In this document: in pieces, positions 42,660 through 52,213 of the stretch
Layout: every line of letters starts with the position of its first letter
Position numbering within the stretch: position 1 is the first letter of the stretch
From: Alphaproteobacteria bacterium
GTDB taxonomy: Bacteria > Pseudomonadota > Alphaproteobacteria > UBA828
Reading direction: 5' to 3'
DNA length: 64,000 nucleotides
Assembly: GCA_965214705.1 (NCBI GenBank)
Contig: OZ243972.1
Coordinates: 640,001 to 704,000, forward strand
Program-made: the position numbers and the translations under genes
Notes under the pieces: model-generated
What the model saw: the letters and a program-made list of their open reading frames with translations, nothing else
Database searches by the model: none
What the model was told of the DNA's origin: nothing

Positions 42660-44350
42660 CTTGAGTAACTTCTCTCTAAGCCGTTGACATAGAGGCATTT
42701 GTGTTTTTGTTGTCGTCGTCGATCTCGACCAGTTGGAAGCCGAGCTTCTTGGCCTGTCGACGGAGCGAAGAGAACTTTCGGTCCAGGCGTCGGCTCTCGT
42801 AGACCTCCATCCCCTTCTCGGCATATTGCTGGCCGCGGGTCACCATCAGGTAGATCAGGCAGGCGAGTTCTCGGGCGGTGGCGACAACGGCTACGCTGGT
42901 GTCCATCCGGGCGAGGCGGCTGCGGTGCTTGGCGCCGATGAAGGTTTGGCTGGTGCGAGCGGTCATGGCCGCCATGCGCAGTGCCTGGCCAACGCGGTTG
43001 ACCACCTTGGGCCCCCGGCCCGGCAACGGTTTGCCGCCGCTGATCCTGGTCCCAGGCGCCAGCCCCAGCCAGGAACTGAAGTGCTGTGCGGAGGGAAAGG
43101 CGGAGAAGTCAGGACCGATCTCGGCGGCGATCACCAGGGCAGTGTTGACGCCGACGGTGGGGATTGCGGTGAGATCGACCCCCATCATCTTATGCAGCGC
43201 CATAGCCATGGCCTTATCCTGCCCGCGGAGCGCCCTGCCGCTGCTGCTTGGGGTCTCGTTCGACGCCGTGCCCGATGATCCGACACTGGGAGTGTCCTCG
43301 GGCGTACCCTCATCCGTCGGATCGTCCGGCGGGGTCAGGTGCTCAACCTCCGCCATGATCCGCGCCTCGCAGTCCGCGATCTGCTGCTCCAGAAAGTCGT
43401 AGCGCTGCATCGCCTGCTCAAGCGCGAACAGGTGCTCCTCGCGCCAAGTGCCCTCCAGGCTCGCGGCAATCGTGTCGGCGCTGGCCTTGATCCGCCTGTC
43501 GCGAAGCGACGCCAGCCGCCCGGGGTCGCGCTCGCCGGCGATGATCGCCCGCAGGATGCGCTCACCCGTCTTCCCCATGATATCGCTGATCACCGAGTCC
43601 AGACGCACGTTCATCTGGGTCAGCGCCTTCTGCATATGCAGCACGCAGCGAGAGCGGTCCTCGATCAACTGCTTCGCCTGGCGCATGAAGGAGCGCAACG
43701 GGCAGATCGCGTCGCCCGGCCGGAAGGCGCCGCGCAGAAGGCCGTAGGACATCAGCTGCCAGATCCACTGGCAGTCCAGCACATCGCTCTTGCGCCCGCC
43801 GATCTGCTTCGTCATCCGGGGCGGCACAAGCATCACCTCGAAGCCGGCTCGATCCAGGACCTCGTAAACCGGGATCCAGTAGACCGAGGTCGACTCCATC
43901 GCCACCTTCGTCACACCGCACGACTTCAGCCACTCGGCCATCGCATCCAGGTCGCGCGTGAACGCGCCGAACTCCCTCACCGGTTCCTCGGCTCGCTCCG
44001 GATCCACCGCCACGAAGTGCCGGTCCTTGCCGATGTCGATCCCGGCGCAATTCGGGTGCACTACCTTGAGGCGCTGCCTCCTTCTCCGCTTGCGCGCCAT
44101 CGAGAGCCCTCCCAAACTCCGTTGACGTTGCGGGTGGGGAGGAACCGCGGCGAAGTCTCAATCTCTTGAACGAGGTCACGGGCGAACCCGCGCCATCAGT
44201 GACAGAAGCCGATCACGGTTCGGGCCAAGCTTCCAAACGGGTGCCCTCGCACGCCACTGAAGGGACGGCCTCGTCTGCCCTACCCGCTACCACTTCACGC
44301 TTCAACCGTCGAAGACTCAACCCCAGTCGAAGACTCTACCCCCAGTTACT
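42660..44350 (-). mobile_element. IS110-family element with a ~250-bp non-coding leader
   Basis: TACT at both junctions (42656-42659 and 44347-44350); joining the ends gives the palindrome AGTTACTC-TT-GAGTAACT. Confidence 0.7.
42676..44100 (-). CDS. IS110-family transposase (DEDD recombinase)
   Basis: GIDIGK, AMESTSVYW, KSDVLD, WLGLAPGTRISGG; GGAGG RBS. Confidence 0.95.
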   Translation of the reverse strand: MARKRRRRQRLKVVHPNCAGIDIGKDRHFVAVDPERAEEPVREFGAFTRDLDAMAEWLKSCGVTKVAMESTSVYWIPVYEVLDRAGFEVMLVPPRMTKQIGGRKSDVLDCQWIWQLMSYGLLRGAFRPGDAICPLRSFMRQAKQLIEDRSRCVLHMQKALTQMNVRLDSVISDIMGKTGERILRAIIAGERDPGRLASLRDRRIKASADTIAASLEGTWREEHLFALEQAMQRYDFLEQQIADCEARIMAEVEHLTPPDDPTDEGTPEDTPSVGSSGTASNETPSSSGRALRGQDKAMAMALHKMMGVDLTAIPTVGVNTALVIAAEIGPDFSAFPSAQHFSSWLGLAPGTRISGGKPLPGRGPKVVNRVGQALRMAAMTARTSQTFIGAKHRSRLARMDTSVAVVATARELACLIYLMVTRGQQYAEKGMEVYESRRLDRKFSSLRRQAKKLGFQLVEIDDDNKNTNASMSTA

Positions 44351-44694
44351 TCAGCGACTGAGCCGCTGCGCCGCAGTGGTGGTGGCTTCCAAGCTTCTGA
44401 AACAAGCAGTTAGGTGACTAAAGACATATCCCAGCGCATTCCCGGCCAGACACATGCGAGCCTCAAGTGGCCCCATATCGCGACGGCACTGCATTTGATT
44501 GGAATCGAGGCGTGAGAGGCACGCAGGACGATGGACAAGATTGTTAACTGGTTCCTCGACCAGGTACCGCCGCGGACAGGAGACTTGCCCGGGGGAAGTC
44601 GTAGACGACACCAACACTCACTTGCGGATCGAGCGCTCAAGTCGAATTTGAAGCGTTGCTTGGAATGGCACCGGACCAACTACCGGCCCTCGCC

Positions 44695-45558
44695 TTAACC
44701 ATTTGGATCAAACAATTGAGCGAGTTCAGTTACAATTTCGTCTATGCTAAGAATTGAGGTGTTCAGCGCCACTTTGTCAGCCAACGTTGGGCTATATTGG
44801 GTAACCTCGTCCTTTGATATTTCATGCCAAATTGGGAGAATACGACTTCGGCCCTCAATTTCAAGATTTACCAAGCCATCCAACTCCCGCTGGGGCCACT
44901 TCTTTGCAATAAAATGTCGAGATATAATCACTATTCCAAAACGTGATTGGACTAGCCCTTGGTCAATTCTCTGTCGCAAACTATCCCCTATCTTTAGAGT
45001 GAACTCATCATACCAAACCCTTGCTCCTTTAGCTCGAAGAGCTTCCGCTAAAGCGTGAACAAAACTGTCTTTGTCTTCACTAGCATGAGAAATAAAGAAA
45101 TCATAGCTATCTCTAGGTTGAGGAGCTAGTTGGCGTGACACAACCGGCGTGGATTGCAATGTTGCACGAGACCTTATTTCCCTAGTGATTCTTCTTTCGT
45201 GTTGTTCGCGCTCACGAATTTGCTTTTTCTCTTGGTCGGCACGTCTTTTTGCCTCCCTTTGCACTTCTTGTGAGTGTCGGTCCTGACATGAGTTCAAGCT
45301 TCTTGACTTATCCGATATTTTTCTGGAGATATCCGCTCTCCGCTTTTGAACATTCGCCAAATCTTTCATCGCGCGCTCGGCTTCTCGCGCCTTACTCTGA
45401 AACGTCGAGGAACTTCTTGTTTTGGAAGCAGCTTCGTTAGCACGGTTTATTTTCGCAATAAGGTCAGCTTCCCTTCTTGCTTCTCGAGCGTCGTTAGCAC
45501 GGAGGTCCGCGATTTCCTTCGTAAAACGATTGATCTGGTTTTGGTTAGCGGAGGTCAT
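44695..45558 (-). CDS. coiled-coil plus TIR domain protein (TcpB/PdTIR-like)
   Basis: Helical N-terminus; YDFFISHASEDK, VWYDEF..GDSL, KWPQRELDGL, ILPIWH. Confidence 0.92.
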   Translation of the reverse strand: MTSANQNQINRFTKEIADLRANDAREARREADLIAKINRANEAASKTRSSSTFQSKAREAERAMKDLANVQKRRADISRKISDKSRSLNSCQDRHSQEVQREAKRRADQEKKQIREREQHERRITREIRSRATLQSTPVVSRQLAPQPRDSYDFFISHASEDKDSFVHALAEALRAKGARVWYDEFTLKIGDSLRQRIDQGLVQSRFGIVIISRHFIAKKWPQRELDGLVNLEIEGRSRILPIWHEISKDEVTQYSPTLADKVALNTSILSIDEIVTELAQLFDPNG

Positions 45559-45901
45559 TTTTCTCTTGGCGGAACTGGGAGCGCTGTTGCGCCGGAAGGA
45601 AAAATGTCGATGGCCCAGTCGCATTGCTGCGTCCGGCTATATCGGTACCGTGTTGAAGCCGCTCCGGGTGCAGAGGCCGCCTTCGGGTGTAACAGTCTCT
45701 GTACGACCGACCTTTATGAAGGATCTGATAGGCGACGAGGCGGTAATTGCTGACCGAGGCGGAGTTGCTGCTACAGTATCTTTCTTCGTTGAAGTAGATG
45801 TCGAAATTATCGTCGCTGCAGTCGGCAAGAGTGTGGGCTTGAATCGCGAACAGATCGATCGAGCAAACGCGGTTGAGGACGGTAGTCATGCGCGGCATCA
45901 C
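45545..45901 (-). CDS. orphan ORF inside the TIR operon
   Basis: Fills the gap exactly (9 nt after the ThsB-like stop, overlapping the next start); no recognised motif. Confidence 0.35.
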   Translation of the reverse strand: MMPRMTTVLNRVCSIDLFAIQAHTLADCSDDNFDIYFNEERYCSSNSASVSNYRLVAYQILHKGRSYRDCYTRRRPLHPERLQHGTDIAGRSNATGPSTFFLPAQQRSQFRQEKNDLR

Positions 45902-45910
45902 TGCTTCGCC

Positions 45911-46516
45911 TTAGGAGTTGGCACGCCGCATGGGCTGGCTCAGGTCGTAGCCACAGTTTGCTCGGTTACGAAAGGCAGCTTCAATCAGAAATTTGAGAGT
46001 CTCGCCGTTTATTCGTTCCCAGGGAACGACGGAGATTGTGACATCGGATTTCATGAGGTTGTCGATGAGCCGGCTTGGCATGCGGGGATACCGACGCTCG
46101 TACTCCGCTCGTTTGTCGATTGTTGTCCATGACGTAATATTTGGATACAATAATCGCTTTTCTTGTTCCCCATAGGGTGCGTGAAAATAGTCAGAAATCC
46201 CAGGAAGATTGATAACTACAATGCCCGATCTCTTGTTGACCGAGCCATCGTACATGCTCGAATGAATTTCCCAATCGACGTGTTTTCGCCGTCTGGTCTC
46301 TGTACCGACCAAAACAACGGTGACCGTGGAGTCCCTGAGATAGCGGTCTCTGATTGCCCGACGAATTTGTTCATCGGTCCATGTGTGAGGAATATCTCCG
46401 GTATCGACAGACCTGTCGACAAATATTGAATAACGCTCGCCAAAGTCTACTAACGCTTCCTTGTACCTTTGATCGTTATCATGGTGATAACTAATGAATA
46501 CTTTGTGCATAGCCAT
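45911..46516 (-). CDS. ThsB-like TIR protein (DUF1863 type)
   Basis: HKVFISYHH..DQ, IRDRYLRDSTVTVVLVG..T..RKHVDWEI. Confidence 0.9.
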   Translation of the reverse strand: MAMHKVFISYHHDNDQRYKEALVDFGERYSIFVDRSVDTGDIPHTWTDEQIRRAIRDRYLRDSTVTVVLVGTETRRRKHVDWEIHSSMYDGSVNKRSGIVVINLPGISDYFHAPYGEQEKRLLYPNITSWTTIDKRAEYERRYPRMPSRLIDNLMKSDVTISVVPWERINGETLKFLIEAAFRNRANCGYDLSQPMRRANS

Positions 46517-47330
46517 TCTTATTTGTAACGATTTGATGTAAACCACGGGATACGATGTCGACTGCCTCTTGGATATGAGGCGTCCGAGCTAGGACATAGT
46601 TTTCCTCCTGGGAGAGACCGTTGTGTAGATCGTCCGGGGAATAGTTGCGAAAACAGTCTCTTCCGGACCAATCCTCGCGCGAGCCTCCCCAGCGTTCGGA
46701 GAGCCCGAGTGTTTCCGCGATGTCGCGAGCGCAGCCGCCGAAGCCGCCCAGCAGGAAGACCGGCTGACCGGCGTCAAGCGAGAGGTATGTCTCCTCGGCG
46801 ATACCCGGCATGGCGCCTTTGAATCCCTCGACTCTGCCGCCCAGAACGATCCGAGCAGATATGTCGGCGAGCATGACGGTTCGCATTGAGGTCAGTCCTT
46901 TCGCCCATTCATACTCCTGAGGTGCATGCGCAGGAAGGCTCATACGTTGTTCCCGTTCAAGACGTGCGCCGTCCAAGGAAAGGAAGACGAGGTGAGCGGC
47001 CGGCTCGTGGTCCGCAGAGAACGCTGCAAGTTCGTTCGAGGTCATGCTGATGTGCACCGGCCACGCCAGGTAGTCTGTCACGACTATGGTGCCGGCGTGC
47101 CGCGGATGACCCCGATAGCGTCCAACCAACTCGGCCAAGAGCTGGGTAAACCCGTGTTGTCGCAGATCCCCGCCGTATGCCAGACTAATTCCAGAAGCGA
47201 GCAAGCGCAGTGCAACCTCAGCCATGGCGTCGCGCAAATGTCCGTCGCTCAGGCCGAGGACGCGGAGGTCGGGGCTCTCTGAAATCGAGATCCCGACCGA
47301 GGGGGTTGTCTCCGCTTGGGGTGAGGTCAT
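46491..47330 (-). CDS. stand-alone SLOG (cluster-2 type) domain protein
   Basis: GISISES, LAYGGDLR, LTSMR, ARIVLGG..FKGAMPGIAEE, PVFLLGGFGG. Confidence 0.82.
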   Translation of the reverse strand: MTSPQAETTPSVGISISESPDLRVLGLSDGHLRDAMAEVALRLLASGISLAYGGDLRQHGFTQLLAELVGRYRGHPRHAGTIVVTDYLAWPVHISMTSNELAAFSADHEPAAHLVFLSLDGARLEREQRMSLPAHAPQEYEWAKGLTSMRTVMLADISARIVLGGRVEGFKGAMPGIAEETYLSLDAGQPVFLLGGFGGCARDIAETLGLSERWGGSREDWSGRDCFRNYSPDDLHNGLSQEENYVLARTPHIQEAVDIVSRGLHQIVTNKNGYAQSIH

Positions 47331-48502
47331 CGACGTTCCTCCAGCCAGTCCGTCAAGGTCTGTACGCGTACCCCCGGTGCGATTTCCCGGAACAGCCTCT
47401 CATCGTCGGCGCTTAGAAGGGGTTCAGGATATACGATCGTGTGAGCCGAGTCCTCGGCACCAAGTGGTACTGCAGCCAAAGCGATCAACTCTGGTGGGCG
47501 TGCCGTGAACAGGACTCCTGGAGCATCCGTCATATACGACCCTACACGGCAAAGCCACAGCCAAGTGCGGAAGACCTCATCCAGGAGGCAGCCTGCAACC
47601 GTCCCGATCCGGTCACTACGGTCCGGATCCATACGGACGACCGGAACGTTCCCCAGATAGGACATCCCGCGCGGATCTACATCTCGCACGCAATCGACCA
47701 CGATCATGGGCACCAGGCGACGTTTCGCTTCGATGACTTCGCGCCGGCACCATTCGCGGGATGAGTACGAATCAGTATGGACCGCTAGGAGCGCGCCTGC
47801 CCCGATCTCATGCAGCAGTACGTCTCCGAACGAAAGCCCCGGCGGGATGTCATAGACATCGAAGAAGCTGTCGAGCGGGCTGTGCGTGTGGATCCAGTCG
47901 CGAATGCTGCGTCCCACGGATTCGCCATCGCCGTCATGCTTCGAGTGGCTGATGAAGACCCGAATCTTGTCCAGATAGCGTCCGAGCGTGTCGTCTCCAG
48001 CGCCGGCGGGCCGGAGTTGGTCGAGGCCATGTCGGAGCATTCGACAGAACTCGTGAGTGAGATCTGAGGTGAGGCGTCGTGCAGGGTCTACATCGGACGC
48101 GTCCCAGCGGTCCCACCGGAGGGCTTGCTGTGCGACCCCAAGGCCAAGGCCCCGGCGGTCCATTGTCACCGGGAAGAACCCGGCCGGAAGTCCTCGCCGG
48201 TGCGCGGCATCCGCGATGGCGGATGCGTAGTCGACCCACTCGCGATCTTCAACTAGGTTCGATTCCGCCAGAACCACAACGGCGGTAAACTGCGAGTCAT
48301 CCCAGTGGATTGGCAAGGGAGTGAGCGCGCCTGGCACGGGCTGGCTACGCTCAAGGACGCTTACGGCACGCTCCTGCCCGACGCCCCGATAGAGATCACG
48401 ACCAAAGTGCGTGCGGAGGAGATCAGCAATCTGCTGTCCTTCGCGATACGATGGATGCCACACCACGTACAGCGTGAACATCGGACCTGTCGATAACTCC
48501 AT
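47327..48502 (-). CDS. TIR domain protein with an extra N-terminal TIR-like domain
   Basis: VFISHSKHDG, FFDVYDIPPG, TDSYSSREWCRRE, YLGNVP; ATGA overlap with the SLOG gene. Confidence 0.88.
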   Translation of the reverse strand: MELSTGPMFTLYVVWHPSYREGQQIADLLRTHFGRDLYRGVGQERAVSVLERSQPVPGALTPLPIHWDDSQFTAVVVLAESNLVEDREWVDYASAIADAAHRRGLPAGFFPVTMDRRGLGLGVAQQALRWDRWDASDVDPARRLTSDLTHEFCRMLRHGLDQLRPAGAGDDTLGRYLDKIRVFISHSKHDGDGESVGRSIRDWIHTHSPLDSFFDVYDIPPGLSFGDVLLHEIGAGALLAVHTDSYSSREWCRREVIEAKRRLVPMIVVDCVRDVDPRGMSYLGNVPVVRMDPDRSDRIGTVAGCLLDEVFRTWLWLCRVGSYMTDAPGVLFTARPPELIALAAVPLGAEDSAHTIVYPEPLLSADDERLFREIAPGVRVQTLTDWLEERR

Positions 48503-49127
48503 GGTGCTGAAAACCCAGTCTCACGTTCGTTCAGTAATTCGCTCATTCATTCGGCGCCGATCCCGATTGCGTTGGATGTTTGTGGAAAGCAGCCTCGGCT
48601 CCTCGTCCGGATACACGCAAGGTGGGATCAAAGGCGAACTCATGGTCACGGGTTTCTCCGTCATTGCAAGCGTCTTTCGCAGCTACTTGCATAGGCCTCG
48701 GTTCAGGCTCCCCACGTCTGGGCTGCGCAAGCCCGTCGTGGGCTGCCGTGTCGATATTCAGTCTGGATCCATTTGCGGCATCGGCACTTTCCTGGGGACG
48801 GCCTCGGTGCTGCCATGACGCCAAAGGCTATCGTTGTGGGCGCCCCACAGTGAAGTTGTCGGGTTGCGCCGTCTCGACTGGGATGATCTGCGGCCTGGTG
48901 AGGACGCTGAGGCTCTGGTACGTGGTCTCGTGGTGGCGGGTGACGAGATCGGCACGGTGCGCCGCACGGGCGGGAGGGGTTGCCCGAGAGGGCTTCACCG
49001 CCAAGATTCCAACCGTGCGCGGCTGGCGGGGTTGAATTTGGCGATCAGAACCCCAGATGTAGTGTTTTGGGCGAGGGAAGGCCATACCCGTCGTGTTCGG
49101 TGGATTTGGCCAATCAGGAGAATCCAA

Positions 49128-49418
49128 GTGTCGGAGAGCAGATCTCACAAGACAACGGCGAATCGTTTGGCGGCCCGGTACAACACCGAGTACAACCGTG
49201 GACCGGGGGCCGACATCAAGGCGGAGGGCATCACGATCGAGGTAGAGACACCCGACACGGTCGCTGACGCGGGCAGGCAGCTGAGCGGTCATCGTGGTCC
49301 GGTATATGTCGCGGGGACAAACCAGAAGGCGGTAGAGCAGGCGCTGGACCGGTACGAGGACTCGACCATTGGCGTTATGAACAATCGAGGAAATATCATC
49401 AAGCCGTCGACGCGGTAG
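49128..49418 (+). CDS. small PD-(D/E)xK-like protein (96 aa)
   Basis: AGGAG RBS and GTG start; S..H..GADI..IEVET..QL..IGV pattern of a minimal restriction-endonuclease fold. Confidence 0.65.
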   Translation: MSESRSHKTTANRLAARYNTEYNRGPGADIKAEGITIEVETPDTVADAGRQLSGHRGPVYVAGTNQKAVEQALDRYEDSTIGVMNNRGNIIKPSTR

Positions 49419-49559
49419 CCTGCGGCGCTTTACGAATCAAGGTTCCGCAGACCCGCGATTGTCCGTTGCTCCAGCGTTCCATGCGCTATCCGGATTGAAT
49501 GAGGCGTAAAGCTCATTCGCGGCTTTGCAACCTAGGGATCAGAGGAGACCGCATAGATT

Positions 49560-50144
49560 ATGGCACGCTATTTTTCGGGCACGAGAAGCGAATTTCTCAC
49601 GCTTGAAGCTGCATCGAAGAGGGATTTGACGTGGGATGTTTTTGTGTCCCATACCACCGAAGACGACGATGTCGCGGAAGAGGTCGCCGAGTGCATCCGG
49701 AGCTTCGGGCTGTCGGCATGGGTGGATTCCGACCATCTGGACAGTAAGCATGATGGACCGAGTATGGCGTCCATTATCCAGGGGGTGATCCGACGGTCAT
49801 ACTGCTTACTGGCTGTCGTGACGAGCGCGACGAACGAGTCGTGGTGGGTGCCGTTTGAAATTGGTGTGGCTTCCGACAGAAAGAGGTACCTGTCCACATT
49901 CGGGGACCCGCGAGTGTTACTGCCGTCATTTCTTGCGGCCTGGCCGCGCGTGAGGGATCACGCGGAGCTGCATTTGTGGTGCTCCGAGGTGAAGAAAAAG
50001 AAAGCAACGCATAGGCCAATAATCCATGAATCGTATGTAGAGGTGGCGAGCGCACAGCGCTCCAGCTACGCTAGTGACATGAGAGCAATGGCCCGAAGGT
50101 TCCCAGGGCTCCGATGGGGTGTAGGTCTGGCATGGCGATCGTAA
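49560..50144 (+). CDS. TIR domain protein (native stop displaced by the ISKra4)
   Basis: DVFVSHT..D, AWVDS, SWWVPFEIGVA, LPSFL..WP; GAGGAG RBS. Confidence 0.88.
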   Translation: MARYFSGTRSEFLTLEAASKRDLTWDVFVSHTTEDDDVAEEVAECIRSFGLSAWVDSDHLDSKHDGPSMASIIQGVIRRSYCLLAVVTSATNESWWVPFEIGVASDRKRYLSTFGDPRVLLPSFLAAWPRVRDHAELHLWCSEVKKKKATHRPIIHESYVEVASAQRSSYASDMRAMARRFPGLRWGVGLAWRS

Positions 50145-51795
50145 GTCATTGATTTAGCGCGATTGGCGGGTGGCCGTAGGCAGCCAGAATCGGGTTTTCG
50201 TGACAATCGGCCGGTGCAGGGCCGGATTTTGTCACAACGGCGGCATCCAGCAGTGGTGGGTGGGAACGCTCCGCACCGCGAGATGCGGTAGGATGCCGCG
50301 CCGACAACCCAACATCAGACCCAACATCAGGAGCGTTCCCATGCCAGTGTCGCAGTCTCTCATCGCCTCGTCCATCGACCTTTTGGGCCTGCCTGCCGAA
50401 GTCGCCGAAGCGGTCGCCCAGGTGGTGGAGTTCTGTCGCGAACAGGCTGGGTCTGACCCGTCTGCCGAGACGTTCGAAACGGTTGAGACGGGGCTGCGGG
50501 ACGCCATGAACGGCTTGGGTTGCAAGCTCCTTGGGGCCTTCGCCGAGAGCCGCGACGACGGTGCGAGCCGGATCGAGCGCGACGGACAGAGCTGGGTCCG
50601 GGTGGCGGCGACGCCGAAGACGATCATGACGACGCTCGGTCCCGTGACCTATCGGCGTGCGCGCTATCGCAGCGGCGCGAGCAGCACGTCGCTGGTGCCG
50701 GTGGACGAGAGCCTGGGCCTCATCGACGACTACCTGACGCGGCCGGCGGCGCAGCTCGGGCTGATGATGATGGGCCACTGTACGCCGCGTGAAGCGGAGG
50801 AGTTCTTCGCGAAAATGGGCGGAATGACGCCGTCGGTGAGCACGCTGCAGCGCCTGGCCCTGAGCATGCATGAGCACTGGGAGAGCGTCGCCCCGGAGAC
50901 GCTGGCCAGCATCCGTGAAACCCAGGGCATACCGCCCGATGCGGTCACCGCGTCCGTCTCCCTTGACGGCGTCATGGTGGCGCTGCGGGCCGGCGAGGAC
51001 GGCCGTGCCGAGGCGTGCTGGCGCGAGGCCTCTTGCGGCACGGTCTCCTTCCACGACGCCGAGGGCCAACGGCTGAAGACCCTCTATCTCGGCCGTATGC
51101 CCGAGAGCGGCAAGGCCGCGCTGAAAGCGCAACTTGCAAGCGAGGTCGCCCATATCCGCCGTGTGAGCCCGAAGATCAGGATCGGCGCCGTCGCCGACGG
51201 GGCCGCCGACAACTGGACCTTCCTCGAAAGCCTCTCGCCCGAGACCGAGGTCATCGACTTCTGGCACGCTTGCGAGCATCTCCGCGTGGCCTCTGACCAT
51301 GCGGTGGCGCGCCACTGGTTCGAGAAGCACCGCGAAATCCTGCGCCACGACCCCCGCGGCGTCGACAAGGTGATCCGGGCACTGCGCTACCTCCTGGACA
51401 GGGCAAAGGGGGACCCGGCCGAGATCGAGCGCGAGCTGGCCTTCTTCCGAAAGCACCGCCATCGGATGCGCTACCACGCCCTGAAGGAAGAGGGCATCGC
51501 CATCGGCTCGGGTGTGGTCGAGGCGGCCTGCAAGACCCTCGTCGCGCAGCGCTTGAAACGCTCGGGCATGCGCTGGCGGATCGACGGCGGGCAGGCGGTT
51601 CTGACCTTCCGCGCCCTGATCAAATCCGGCCTCTTCGACCGGGCATGGGATGCGCTCATGGACGCCCGATCCGGACCAGCTAACGACAACATCAGCCCAA
51701 CCGAAGTCCTGGCACTCGCTGCTTGACCAAAATGAACCAGCCCATATCCTTTAGCGCCATCACGACTGGCATATCGCCATACGAGAATCACACCC
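50117..51795 (+). mobile_element. ISKra4-family (IS256-related) element
   Basis: Imperfect IRs GGGTGTAGGTCTGGCATGGC and GCCATACGAGAATCACACCC; 8-bp TSD CTCCGATG. Confidence 0.85.
50341..51726 (+). CDS. ISKra4-family transposase
   Basis: SLDGVMV, ADGAADNW, DFWHACEH, IGSGVVEAACK..RLKRSGMRW. Confidence 0.9.
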   Translation: MPVSQSLIASSIDLLGLPAEVAEAVAQVVEFCREQAGSDPSAETFETVETGLRDAMNGLGCKLLGAFAESRDDGASRIERDGQSWVRVAATPKTIMTTLGPVTYRRARYRSGASSTSLVPVDESLGLIDDYLTRPAAQLGLMMMGHCTPREAEEFFAKMGGMTPSVSTLQRLALSMHEHWESVAPETLASIRETQGIPPDAVTASVSLDGVMVALRAGEDGRAEACWREASCGTVSFHDAEGQRLKTLYLGRMPESGKAALKAQLASEVAHIRRVSPKIRIGAVADGAADNWTFLESLSPETEVIDFWHACEHLRVASDHAVARHWFEKHREILRHDPRGVDKVIRALRYLLDRAKGDPAEIERELAFFRKHRHRMRYHALKEEGIAIGSGVVEAACKTLVAQRLKRSGMRWRIDGGQAVLTFRALIKSGLFDRAWDALMDARSGPANDNISPTEVLALAA

Positions 51796-51800
51796 CTCCG

Positions 51801-52184
51801 ATGAGCGAAGAAAAGAGCGATTTGGCAACACTGTTCGGCATCTACAAGATTCATGCCGAACTCGCGGAACAAGCTGCCAGCTCAAGAGAGAGCTTGAACA
51901 AGCTCTACTCCGGTATGGTCACGGCGATCGTAGCGGGTTCGGTGCTAATTCACCGTGTGGCCCCGGATTCCGATACGATGTGGGTATTGCCAGTTCTTGG
52001 AATTGCTGTATCCCTGTCTTGGATGATGTCGCTTCACTCAGCGACGGGACGGCTGTCCGCCAAGCACGCGGTTCTGTTGGAATTAGAATCTAAACTACCG
52101 TTTGCCTTCTTGAAGCGTGAAAATGGGTACTGGGTTGCTTTGAAAGATAGAAAGATAACGCCAGAAGTTACACCACTAATTTAG
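51801..52184 (+). pseudogene. RipA-like (8xMP) membrane protein, 3'-truncated at 52124
   Basis: YK..AELA...R...N.LY, two TM helices, W...L.S....SAK..VL.ELE..LP; the tail after 52124 comes from the transposon IR. Confidence 0.65.
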
Positions 52185-52213
52185 GAGGAAGAAGAATTCG
52201 GGGCAACAAATCA

